From Callorhinchus milii (taxonomy: Eukaryota), in NCBI RefSeq assembly GCF_018977255.1, contig NW_024704743.1, forward strand, positions 31,498,001 to 31,562,000: a DNA stretch of 64,000 bases, given 5' to 3'. Position 1 is the stretch's first letter. The number at the start of each line of letters is the position of its first letter. The notes beneath the pieces were generated by a model. It was not told where the DNA came from and searched no databases. It saw nothing but the letters and a program-made list of their open reading frames with translations. The position numbers were made by a program, and so were the translations under genes. Of this stretch, positions 48,111 through 61,250 are shown one piece after another.

Positions 48111-50549
48111 ACACGGCTCAACATGAAATGAGTGAGAGCATTGCCACCATCTTCCTGCCCACAGCTCAGACACAAATCCCAGTATAATCTTGTAGAACAT
48201 CACAATACACACCACAGGGTAATCTTGAAGAACATCCACACACCAAAAGATCTCATACTACAAGGCAAAGTTATTAGATTACAATGGAATGATAATTTAT
48301 CGAGTAGAATAGTAAAAGATCAGGAATTCACACAATTTGCTTCAGCTTCTGCCACTGTTCCTCAAGGAGATTGAAAAACAACTCAGGGCTATATACACTG
48401 CTGTGAAACATCCTTGACTGTCCCTGGCTCTCAGTATGCACAATGTAATACAAAGTAACATGGACAGTCACTGTGCTGTGGATAATGCATTAGTGGAGCA
48501 ATGCTATCTTACTGCCATCAAGAAGGCTTCTGCAGAAGACAGAACGAATCCTAACTTAAGAGTTTTTTTCTCCATAAGGTGAATTGAATCAGTCAAGCAG
48601 TCCACTTGGCAACACTGAAATCAAACATAATAGGTATAAAATCAATGCACCTGCAAGTTATCAAGCTTCTGTTTTCTTTCATAACAGCATTCAGCTTAAC
48701 AAATACTTAATGATAATCAGAACAAAAACAGCCTGTTGGCCAAGGAGCATCTAAATAGCATGTATTAAACTCTTTTTGCAATGAAATTACATGGCAGAAT
48801 ATTCTTTTTCCGTGTTCGCCTCATAATTTGTTTTATAAAACTGCGGGTAGCATTTTTTCTTTGTGCCGTTTTTCCTCGTCACTGTCGTATATGAGATGTA
48901 AAATCCTAACGTGAACAAGTCTCTGGTTCAGTGAAATCAAAATGCGTCTCAGCCATTCTCCTACAAAATACACAGTCTGCACTTTACAGTAGATCCTGTG
49001 CAGCGCTTTGAGATATCCTCCTGATGTGACTCAAGATTTATTGTTACAAGGTTAGTCAAACTTGCATAATTCTTTATCTTTATAAATCGTACAATCGCCT
49101 AAATCGTACCATTCAGTTTCCAATCAAAACTACTTAGATTTCTTCGCATTAGTTAATCATTAATCACCTCCTCACTTGTAATGCCGCTCCCCCTAACCTT
49201 CAATTGTGGGAAATGATGTCTTCCCGTCAATACATGGACATTTACCGTCCGGTTGCATTAAATCATGGGAAACCCGGTCTTGATCTGTCGCCCATGCGCA
49301 AAAGAACTTCATTTCCAACTATTCAATGCGATTCCAACGCTTGCCAGCAAGTGCGCAAGCGGTGATGGGTCAAGATGCTTTGAATCGTGGGAAATGTCGT
49401 CTTGACCCGTCACCACATGTGCGGTTACCGTCTATATTGAATAATGCACCAGCAGTGTAGATTATTGATTTGCCTGCAACTCAGACTTTGCATAAATCAT
49501 ATTACATGTTATGGTCCCGACTGATAAAACCTTTGTGACTTTTAATGTAATTGCACCATGGAGCATTTGAAAGGCCTGCGGTGACCAAGAATTGAGAGAA
49601 ATATAAAATAAAAATAGGAGAGAATTTCTACAGAGAGAGACTTTTAAACAAACAAAATTGGGAGAGTAGATGGGGAGGTTAGCGTTGGGCAGTGGGCAGT
49701 CGGGCAATTCTGCTTACAAAACGGACAAAAGCTTGGTGGTGTCTTAATCGGTAATTTATGTTATAGGGATTTATACCACATGTAGTAAGTGAATGACATT
49801 TCCTCAAATTATTTTTATTATTTGAGAGAGGTGAGGACAGTCTGACACAAAATACACTCAGTTTACAAATCTCCACATCAACACTGTTTGCATATAAAAT
49901 TCATGATGAGTGTTGACTCCTGAGACCGATCATAGCTCTCTTGCAACTTCATTGCTCTTGAGTTTTTCAGGTCAGCTCGGTTGTGCAGTTGCGTGGTATC
50001 CCAAGTCACCTCATCATGTTTTCTCTCTGAGCAGAATGAGCCAAATGGCTTTTTTTAATCACTTACCTTCTGTTGTTTTCCCAGCCTCATTTCGCAAAGC
50101 AAAGCGAGACACTCTTCAAAAATGTTTTCTGTTTAGAAAAGCGTGGTGAGGTGGATAACCCAAACTATCTGAGACAGTGATTGCTTGTAATAATATCTGT
50201 AATTGCTTATAATGATGAAAGTGAATGTAACTGGGTGTGTGTCTCACAAACTCCTGGAATTCTGGTCCGAAAATAAATCCCACCAAAGCGGAGTTCCTGT
50301 GAATCAGAGTGATGTATTTCCACGTCCTTTATTAAGAAAGCGCATTAGAAATCACTACATTTTAGATGCCCAAATTCAATCACCATTCAGGATTGTATTG
50401 CCTATGCCAAAGTTAAAGTATTACTATAGAACAGTGATGGACAGCCTGCGATGCCATCAGGAAGCAGCTCCCCAAACATTCGCATGAGTCTTGGTAAGGC
50501 TGTGTTCCATCATTAGTGTGTTTTCAGTTTTTTCTTGATTGAATATTTA

Positions 50550-50925
50550 ATAATAGTAATAATTCCTGCATTTGATATAGCACTTTATCACATCATTGAG
50601 GCGTCTCAAAGCGCTTCACAGAATATACTGTAAAGTGAATTGACTGTATCTTTTGTGGGTGAAACGTGGCAGCCAATTGCGCATAGTAGTGTCCCACAAT
50701 CAGTTGTGGATTGAGTGACCAAATAATTATTATTGTTGTTTTTTTTTGCAGCGATTATTAGCCCCAGGAAGTGATCCACCAGTCGACTAACCACCATTTT
50801 CCTACTAGGTAGACAGAGGCGTGTGGAGTAAGGGAACTTGTCTAAGGTTTCGCTCTGCCCAGGAATTGAGCCTGGGTCCTCCCGCTTGCGAGATGAGTAC
50901 TCTAACCTGTACGCTACAGGATTCC
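50550..50925 (-). mobile_element. tRNA(Ala)-derived SINE, full length
   Basis: Reverse complement of the 46408 family. Confidence 0.85.
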
Positions 50926-50984
50926 ACGTCTTATTATTTAATGTGTCATCCAAAGGACGGCACCTCCAACAATGCAGGAGAGAG

Positions 50985-51130
50985 GATGTATTGCATTCCA
51001 GACACAGGGATGTTTCTATGCATAGATAGCAAACACATGGGGAACTCTGAGTTTGGTTTGGATACTCTTAAGCACGGTGATGGGTTTCCACATCTGTCAG
51101 ACAATGAGCTGGTCAAGAAAAATCTTAAAA
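50985..51130 (+). repeat. Unclassified repeat family X, 3' fragment
   Basis: ttggtttggatactcttaagcacggtgatgggtttccaca..tgtcagaca followed by an A-rich end. Confidence 0.65.
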
Positions 51131-52869
51131 TTAGGGTTGTTACTGGTGGAATATAAAAAAATTCTCCATTTTGAGCACTTCCACATTAGCTGTAGCATGG
51201 GCAGATGCTGAGTAAAGTTACTTTGATTTTTTTTGCTTTTATTTTTCTCCAAAAAATTGTTCTTTAACATTGCCCACAAAGAGTGGCCAGGATGCATGAT
51301 TCCACTTCCAACTCTGGGTGATATTGTTAATTGGACTAAATCATGGGCTTTCAGCATTGACCCAAATTCACCAGGAGCTGACTTAAGCATAACCAAATGA
51401 TCGTCACTTTGAACCCATAACAGCTCACGACAAAGGGAAACTCTCCTCTCTAGAGACAGAGAGAGAATGAAAACCATGTGAAAGCACATTGAATGCAAAC
51501 CCATTATGCCGACCAATTTCCCCCAAAGTGCCAAGGTTTAAATGTCTCCGTTTCCTGCTAAGAATGATTATCGGCAGGGCGAAATCCTGGGCAAGTTTAC
51601 TTACTTCACACATCTGATAATAATCCCTCAAGAAAAAAAAACAATAATAAATTGGTCACTTCAATCCACGACTGTTTGTGGGAGACTGCTGTGCGCAATT
51701 GGCTGCCGCGTTTCGCCCACAAATATACAGTCAATTCACTTTACAATATATTCTAGAAGACGTGATAAGATGCTATATCAAATGCAAGGATTATTATTAT
51801 TATTATTATTATCATGAAACTGGAATCAATCCTTTGGTGCTTATTGCACCAATTGTTTACTTCAACAATATTTTACTTTTGACGTTCATGCTTTTCACTG
51901 CGGGTGTTAGAGTCAAAAATATGATGTCCTAATAGAAAGCACTGTTGATGTATGTGTATTTGAGTTCTGAAGAACTGAGTAACAGCCAAATCTTCACAAG
52001 GCAACTGACTCTCCTTTGCTGCTGTTGTTGTGGTCTCCTGTCTGCGGTGTCAAAGCGGGAAGCAAACAGGGATGCGAGCAATTAAAACACGCTTGTAGTC
52101 CAAAGACAACCAAATACAAGCCCCAAAGGGGCCAAATACTGTGTGTCGTCTCCTATTGGTAGCAGAGTGGCCGATTTAGGTTAGTGCTTTCAAAACTGTG
52201 TAAGAAAAGGTCTTCAAAGGAAAAGAAACATTTTGCAGATTTAAATTAAAATTTTAAAAATTAGCCACCCGCCCGAAGTCTTCTTTCATGTACAGTCCAA
52301 AATTCCTCGCAATTGGGAATGAACCCACTCAATCTGCTAACATTTGAAGCAAGGCTTTTAGACAAAGACAGTCTGCTGCTAGTGCTCTCTGATGGATACA
52401 TGTGCGACTACATATAATTTGCTGTTAACTAGGTTCAGATTCAAATACGCACCATACTTGAAATGGTCTGTTTGCAGACCAGAGGAGGGTTTTCAGCCCA
52501 TTATGATAGTGCTGCTGATAGCTGTAGCAATGGAGCAATGTGCTCTTTCTCAATTCCTACTCTTGTTTGCTGAAGTGTTAAAAAGCCAACTCAAAATTCA
52601 AGATGCCATCTGACCATTGTAAGTAATAGCACTAAACACCCTGTAAAATGCTGAAGGTTCTGTAATTAACGGCCTCACTCCTTCCTACCTCTGTGACCTG
52701 CTAATCCAAAATTGATCTGTCTGCTCCCTCCACCTGCTCCACCTCTCCCGCCCGATCCCCCCCACCATCAGCGGGTGGGCCTTCAGCCTCTCTGCTCCCA
52801 CCCTTTGGAACTCCATCGCATAGTCCCTTCTAGGCGCTATACAAATGTAATTTGTTGTTGTTAAATCAT

Positions 52870-55800
52870 GAATCATTGCATTTCTCCCGCTCCGTACTGC
52901 TCTCTCTCCACCCTCCCCGCCTCCTATCTCTGCTTGACCAACCCCCCACTGCCTCCCTCTGCTCCAGCCTGGGAATTCTCCACCGAGCTCATTGCGACGC
53001 TCAGAGTTGGCTGTCCAGCAGCAGCCACACCGACTGCCCCATTCCCCACTACCGCCGCAAGCTACCCCAGACCCAGACCCCAGGGGCTAACTTCTCCCTC
53101 ATCTGCATCCCCACCCTCCCTCTCAACCATTCCACTACGCCCTCCCATCCCACACATCCCCCTGCCAACTGTCCACTCCGCATTGGACTTCAAAATGTCC
53201 CCTCCATCTCCAACATGACGCTGGGCATCAATCAACTCATCCTCGATGAGAACCTTGACATCATGGCACGAACAGAAACCTGGATCACCCCAGGTGACAC
53301 CTTCCCCCTCATTGAGGCCACACCATGCAGCTACACTTACCACAATGCCCCACGTCCCAACCATTGTGGCGGTGGTGTGGCCCTCATATCCAGGGTGTCA
53401 CTTGCCCTATCCCCTACTCCACTGGCTTGTTCCCCTCTTTTGAATACCTTATCCTTTGCCATCCCTCCCACCTCTCTCTGAAAATTCTCTTACTCTACTG
53501 CCCCCCAAAATCCTCTCCCACCTTCATCTCTGACATCTCCACCCTCTTTGCTTCCCTCTGCCTCTGCTCCAACTGCCTCATCATTCTAGGTGACTTCATC
53601 CTCCACTTCACCCCCTCCTGCTCCATCTCCTCAGACTTTTCCTGTCTCCTCTCCTCTCTCAACCTCTCCCTCCACATCCACTCTGCTACCCATACCCATG
53701 GTCCCCGCTCAACCTGGTGATCACCCAGGGCCTCAGCGTCTCAGATGTCACCATCACTGGCAATGCCATCTCTGACCACCATTTCATCTCCCTCAACTCC
53801 CATAACCCTCTCCCCACTGCCTCCAAACCTACCATCATCTTCTACTGCCCGTGGAAGAAGATCTCCCCCAATCCCTCGCCGCTGCCCTGGAGTCCTCTGA
53901 ACTCCTCCCCTCTGGCCCACCTCTCACAACAACCCACTCACTGCACTCACTCTTCTCCACAGCACCCTCTCCACCACACTCGACGCCCTTGCCCCCCTCA
54001 CCTCCAGAACTGCCTCCTATTCCCAATCCTCACCCTGGTTCACCAGCCACCTCCGCTTGCTTAAGGGCCAGGTGTGGGCTGCCGAATGCACTTGGCTCAA
54101 ATCCAGCCGAACGGTCCACCGCCACATCTGGCTGGACTTCATCAAAACCTACCGCTCCGCTCTCGCCTCAGCCAAATTGTCCTTCTATTTAAGGTTAATC
54201 CTGGAGGAGAAGGGCAACCCCAGTCTCCTATTCTCCACCACCAACCGGCTCCTCCGCCCTCCCCGACACACCTCGCAGATACTTTCCTCCGACTCTCACT
54301 GCGAGAAAATGCTGGACTTCCTCGGTCCAAAGTCGAGGGAATCCACTCAGCTGCCACTCCCCTCCCAACTTCCAACCCTTCCCAACCCCTTCCCACACAA
54401 TTACCCATCCGACAATTACCTATCCCTCCTTCCACATCTTTGAAACTGTCACCCCCTCCTCTGTCTTCAACACGGTAACCTCCATAAAGTCCACCATCTG
54501 CTCCATCAATCCCATCCCTACCCCTCTCCTTAAATCTCAGCTCCACCTCCTTGCCCCACTACTCGCCAACATCATTAACCTCTCCCTGTCATCTGGCACT
54601 GTTCCTTCCCCCCTCAAAACAGCCACTATCACCCCCAACTTGAAGAAACATTCCCTTGACCCGTCACAGCTAACTAGCTACCGGCCCATCTCAAATCTCC
54701 CTTTCCTATCCAAGGTCCTAGAGAGCTGTTGCCTCCCAGCTTTGCTCTTTCCTCTCCTCTCACTCCCTCTATGAACCCCTCCAATCGGGTTTCCGTGCTG
54801 CCCACAGCATGGAAACTGCTCTGGTCAAGGTCACAAACGACATCCTGACCATGTGTGACCAGGGCTCCCTCTGCCTCCTCGTTCTCCTCGACTTCTCCGC
54901 CGCCATTGACACCGTGGACCATTCAATCCTCCTCCACCGCTTCTCCTACCACCTCAACCTTCAAGGTTCTGTCCTTTCACACCACCTCCACTTCGTTGCG
55001 GCAAATGGCTTCTCCTCCAACCCCCGCACTATCGTGCGGTGTTCCTCAGGGCTCTGTCCTCGGTCCCCTCCTCTTCACCCTCTACATGCTCCCCCTTGGT
55101 GACATCATCCGCAGACATGGGGTAAATTTCCACATACATGCGGATGACAACCAACTCTATCTCTCTGCCTCCACCCTCAACTCCAGGACTACTGGCTTCC
55201 TGACGAACTGCCTGTCCGACATCAAGTCCTGGACGAGGGCCAACTTTCTCCAACTCAACGTCAGCAAGACCGAGGCCCTCCTGATTGGCTTGAGCCAGCG
55301 CCTCCGCACCTCAGGCGCTGGCAGCATCAGCCTCCACGGCTGCACACTCAACCTCACTAAGCCAGTCAGGAACCTGGGTATCTTGTTTGACCCTGAACTG
55401 TCCTTTCTCCCCCACATCCACGCCATGACTGGCACTGCCTACCACCACCTCCGCAACATTGCCAGACTCCGCCACTGCCGAAACCCTCACCCACTCATTC
55501 ATCACCTCAAGGCTTGATCACAGGAACTCCCTCCTCTCGGCCTTCCCAACTCTTCCCTTCACAAGCTGCAGATCATCCAAAACTCTGCAGCTCGTGTACT
55601 CTCACACACCAGGCTCCGTGACCCCATCACTCCCACGCTCTCTGGACTCCACTGGCTCCCCATCCCCCAGAGGATCGAATTCAAGATCCTCGTCCTCACC
55701 TTTAAGGCCATCCATGGTCTTGCCCCCTCCTACCTCTCTGTCCTGCTGACTCGCTACCAACCTGCCCACTCCCTCTGTTCATCAGGCTCCGGCTTCTTCC

Positions 55801-56098
55801 ATGTCTCCCACCCGACCCGCCCTACCATCAGCGGCCGGGTTTTCAGTCTCTCTGCCCCCACACTCTGGAACTCCATCCTATGGTCCCTTCGCCTCGCTTC
55901 CTCCCTCACATCCTTCAAGGCCGGTCTCAAGACCCTTCTCTTCGACCGTGCCTTCAGTCTCCCTCCCACCTCTCTGCCTTTCCTCATTCCTACACCACCC
56001 CTCCCCCATGCTCGGGCCCCGACACCTGACTGTTCAGTGCTTTGGGACGTCCTCCCGACATGAAAGGCACTCTATAAATGTAATTTTGTTGTTGTTGT
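52870..56098 (+). mobile_element. Near full-length decayed L2 LINE (APE endonuclease + reverse transcriptase)
   Basis: Endonuclease motifs (IGLQNV, TETW, GGGVALI, ILGDF, ISDH); RT motifs ([40 protein letters not shown] in place of YADD); multiple frameshifts; 3' stem-loop and (TTG)n tail. Confidence 0.95.
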
Positions 56099-58646
56099 CA
56101 TTGTCGATTTGATACAGCTCCGATTCACATGTTAAAGGCACTTCACAGTGTTTTCTGCAAAGTTTGGTGCCTGGGTATGCTTGTCATAATCGTGTAGCCA
56201 GATAATCTCCTCCGCTGTAATGTATGAAAGGAGAAGACTGAATGAAAGCTTTGAGAATTTATGTTTTGCCGCAGCATTTAATGTGCAAGAAGTGTTTATT
56301 TCCAAAGATACTCAGGCCAATTCTGCATGTTGTTTACATCACCACTAGAGCCTCACTGTTAGCAGCAAATGTTATAATGCAAATGAGGCATAGTTGCTTC
56401 CTTGGAGATGCTGGGAGTCACCCAAAGCGGTGGCTATCACTGTGACTCCAGAGGTGGTGGCAATATTAATGCTGTCTCTACAGTTGCAAGCTACGACTTC
56501 CTCCTGGCCAAGGGTGAGCTGGACAAAACTTTCTCTACCAGTATGGAAGGCTGGCTCCATTTCCATTAAAAACACAGATGAAAGGGTCACTTGCATTGGC
56601 AAACAGTATGTGTTCGACTCAACCCCACTCGCCTATATACTACAATAACTTCGCTGGTGTCAGCTCAGTGTCTGCAATAATCTCTCAGTATTGTAATTGA
56701 TTGTTCTTGCATACTAAGCGTTGTTATAAAAGCAAGTGAGTAATTTAATTTCAATTAAATACAACAGTGCTGAGACCAGTTTGAGGTGTGAATAGCATTT
56801 AATATTCAACATTACTTAAAGTAACACTGAAATTGTATTTAGTGATAAAGCCTGAATGTGCATTTAGAGTAATTGTTTTACTCCACATTGGCTTGCCCTC
56901 CCCACCCCTCTCGCCCCTTAGATTCAATTATTTTAAACTCAATCCTCGGTAATTAAACAAATGTTATTCAGAATAAATTCTTCAAAATCACTTTCTGAAT
57001 TAGCAGCAACAAATCTTGATGACTTTGAGGCAAGGATAGGATGGCAGGGTTGAAGTCGGCCAAGTCAGTCTTGGGGGCAGAAGTCATGCAGTGTTAACCA
57101 ATGGCTCGATGAGGCTATTCAATGAGTGGCTGAGCTACGTAGATCAGGGTGTTTCCAAGCTCTACGATCGCTCTGTGCTGAGTTTGCTGTTTCAGATGGT
57201 AAATTATACCAGTTGGGAATGCTATAATTTACAACAACAAAGTTACATTTGTAAAGCGCATTTCATGTCGGGAGAACGTCCCAAGGCGCTGATGTAGTTT
57301 ACCATTGTTTACCATTGTTCCATACCTTAAACTGATGGGGTGGGGGGGGGGGAGTTCCGATATACACATCAACTTTGGCGATGTCATCCATGAGTGGGAT
57401 TTTCCATTATAATCGCACTTCACAAAGGCATTGTGTGTGTTAACTCTCACCAGAAAAAGTTCCCTTGTGAATTGGAGAATTTTCCACAATTCTGTCCCAA
57501 TTTTATATTTAAGATCAAACAATTCTTGCTGGGTAAGCCTAGGTGGAATTTCAGACCTCAGGAGAGGACAAATCTTGCAAAGGGGGATATATAAAGCTGT
57601 GTGAAAGAAGCATAATAATCAGATGTTAAGGTGGCTATGAAAGCCATCATGGAAAAGAAATGGGTTCTGGCCAACAATCCCCAGCTAAAATTGATCATTC
57701 ACTTCATGACTCTTTGTGGGACATTGCTGTCTGCAAATTGGCTGTTGCGTTCGCCTACAAAATACACAGTATACACAGCATATCCTCTGAAACGCTTTGA
57801 GACATCCTCCCTGAAGTGAACAGCGCTACATCAAACGCAAGAATTATTATTATTATTATTTCATTATTATTATAATTAGTGCCAAGTGCAATACTGCAAA
57901 CTTGTGGCGGTGTATTAACAGAGTAAATTAAATCACCTGCTAAAGACTTTCTGACCTTGTTAAAAATTAATCTGCACCAACTCCCTCCCCCCCAATAGTA
58001 ATTGAGGAGTTTCTTTGTTTCATTTTCTAATGATGTTCACAGCATACAGCTGTCAGGTGTCTGCGCTCCTCACCCGCCTCTGTAATAGCCCAGCTGGAGG
58101 CTGCACTTTCGTACAAAGCCTGTGCGGATGATTCCACGGTTAGAGCAGTTATTTAGGGTTGGCCCTTCTGCTGATGGGAATTTGTAGATGTATGAATTTC
58201 ATGCCTAATTACTATGTACACAGTGCTAAACACCTGTTCTGCCCCCTGCTCTGGCGTGTGCATATGGGACACCTGAGACCCTCTTTTACACTGTGGTCAT
58301 GAGATTTCAAGCAGCTGCATTTCCAAAGCACCAATTTAAAAATAATATCCCTCCTAACCGAAGCTGTTTATGCTAAAAGCCCCGAAGATACACAGTTTTT
58401 TTTAATGAGACAAGAAAATAGGAGTCCGAGAACAGCTTAATCTTACATTTGACACAATTTCACTGGGACAAACATCACCTACAGGAAGTTTCAGCCTCCT
58501 GAAACTCTCCTCTATGCTGACACAAAAACTCACAATACAATGGTTTCACTGTCTAGCTTTCCCTGCCAGGGTAATCCTCAACCATGATATTGATGATACA
58601 TCTGCAGAACTTGGCTTAAGGAGACAATGCCGAAGCTTTCTTATTC

Positions 58647-59007
58647 TGTGTGTGTACGTGTGTGAAAATGAGTGTGTATGGGTGTATGTGTATATGAGTG
58701 TGTGAGTATATGAGTGTGTGTGTGTGTATGGGTGTGTGTATGTGTATATGAGTGTGTGTGTATATGAGTGTGTGTGTATATGAGTGTGTGTATATGAGTG
58801 TGTGCATGTGTGTGTGTACATGAGTGTGTGTGGGTGTGTATATGAGTGTGTGTATATGAGTGTGTGTACATGAGTGTGTGCGTATATGAGTGTGTGTATA
58901 TGAGTGTGTGTACATGAGTGTGTGTGTATATGAGTGTGTGTATATGAGTGTGTGTGTATATGAGTGTGTACATGAGTGTGTGTGGGTGTGTGTATATGAG
59001 TGTGTGT
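58647..59007. repeat. Compound (TG)n/TATATGAG minisatellite
   Basis: Unit gtgtgtgtatatga with variable TG number, over ~360 bp. Confidence 0.95.
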
Positions 59008-59929
59008 AAAGAAAATATTCCAAATTGTGATTTATGACATGATTCTTAGAACAAAAATTCCAAAGTGAAACAAAGGAATGAAAAATATGATGTTTCAGAA
59101 CAGATTTAATTCCTGATAACTTGACCTTGGCTTAACTTGTCACAACCACTTAAGTCATCATGCTGTCAATATCCTGGCCACACTTATGTGTTTTTATTTA
59201 TGCGTATGCTTAACCCACCACTATCCCATATCTCATCACTGAACCCTTTTCTCTAGGAGTGACAAGTTATCAAGAGTTTACTGTATTCAATAGTTTATAC
59301 TGCAATTATTAGCTCTTTTGGGGAAGACTTTTTTTTNAGAAATTTCAAGACCTACCTCTTCAATGCCCCTCCCACTACTCTCCATTCTCCCCCTTCTTCC
59401 CCTTCTATGTCACTGCCCCACCCCCCTCTCCTCACTCGGCATTCACCCCTCGCCCCATCGATAAGCCCTTCAAGACACTATCCTGCGAGAAGGGCTCTAT
59501 ATAAATGAATGGTGTTGTTTTGGTGAAAAATGCAAGGTTTGCTGACAGATTCGATTAGGCAACATTGCATTTTTCACTCTAAAAAGAGCTTAACAACCTG
59601 TCCAAGTGGGGTGTGGGGGTGTTCCCACGTCTGTCTCTGTCAGTTTCTGGAGTGCTCCAGTGCATATTGTGACTGCATATTTATTTTGAGGATAGCTTGC
59701 CATATGCCTGGACATGTAATTGTGTTCCATGTTTGGAAATGCCCATTGCAGCCCATATGTCATATTTTGTCTATATTATATGGAGCATGAATGTTGTAAA
59801 ATAGCTGTGTTACATTAATGTTAATTGCACTGTATTCTCTTTTATCCCACAAAGGGGTTGAAAATACAGTACTCACTACCTGGATTTACAAATAATGATT
59901 CAACGTTGCCAATAACTGGGAATGCCTCA

Positions 59930-60150
59930 TGCTATCCTTCTGAGACTTGCCCTACCATGTAATCTATTTCCAGAGCACAGTTACCGTTGGTCGTAATTCC
60001 AGCTATTGCATTAAGCTGTCTCTTAAATGAGGCCAGTGCCCTAGTCTCAATCCCTCCTCTTAGTAGCCCATACCGGATGGTAACTATCCTATGTGTAAAG
60101 ATGAGTTGTCTGTATTTAATGCACCATTCAATGTGAGTGAAAACCTTTAG
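59930..60150 (-). mobile_element. CR1 C-terminal fragment
   Basis: Minus-strand FTHRIV...LASFKRQLN resembles the CR1 ORF2 end. Confidence 0.55.
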
Positions 60151-60731
60151 CGAAAAGGGAGAGAAACCCATTGATATTAACACTGATAATAAACAGCATT
60201 TTGGAACGCAGAGTACTTGCACAGTTCCATTAGGACCCCTTAGAAAAAGCATTTCCAGAGACCTGACTGTTGTTTGCAATGAGGAATGTCGGCCCATGGA
60301 GCCTTGTGCGGCAAAGGTTTTATTGAAATTATTGTTAAAACAAAAGTTGGATTGACCATAATCAGATTCAATCCACTCATTCAAAATGGGTACATAAAAT
60401 TGATACTGAGATTGAGAAAGTAAACCTGGAGCAATAATTTCAGATGCAGAGATAACAGAACACAAGGACACTAGATTAAGGTTGCAAAGGGCAATTTCAA
60501 CACAGATGCCAGGAAATAGTCCTTTACCAAGAGGGTTACCAGGAAAGGTTGTTGAAGACAAGATCTGGACTCACATTAAAAACAGCTCAATGTTGTGACC
60601 GGAAGACATTCTTCTGGAAAGATGAGATCAATTGGTCTGAAAAGCCTTCTTTAACTGAACCTCTTCTGTGACCTTACAAATGGAAATAGTGCTAGTGTTT
60701 TATATGTATCGATTTCTAATGGTATTTCTTA

Positions 60732-61250
60732 ATTTGTTTTGGTCAGCCGGGTGTCTGACACATGCGGAAACCCATCACCATGCTTTATGAATATCCAAAC
60801 CAAGCTGAGATTTCTATGCATCCCACCTACACATGGAAATCTCAGAGATAGATTGTTGGAATGGAATGCGCACTCTCTCCCTGGAGAAACACATCCTGCT
60901 TAGCCAATTCTGGAACGTATTAGGCGCAGGTTGGTAAGAGCCAAGGCTTGGGGACCCCAGAGTGTACGTTGGGTACTGCTGGATTCTAACCAGCTAAAAC
61001 CACATATATTGATATTGTTGTACGACAAGCTTTCCTGCTGCTTGTCCAGCTAGGGCCACCCTACCGGTTAGGGTTTTGACTTGCAGGGTTAACAGGAACT
61101 GAGTGGGAAGACTCCCTGCCCCCAGTGACTGGTCTACCCTTTCAGGTCCTGCCAACTCCCGCCGCAGAGGGCTGGCTCGATTCAGATATTCCATTGCCAA
61201 GCATATGACGTTAGAGCCAGTTCAACTCCAAAGAGACCCTGCTTACCTCC
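60732..61250 (-). repeat. Unclassified repeat family X, longest copy
   Basis: Overlaps all five other copies in the window. Confidence 0.8.

Noticed and set aside
52852..56112. Active reverse transcriptase or domesticated gene
   Set aside because: ORF2 is broken by several frameshifts and the YADD motif reads HADD.
58546..59023. His/Thr/Tyr-rich ORFs on the - strand
   Set aside because: They are translations of the (TG)n/TATATGAG minisatellite.
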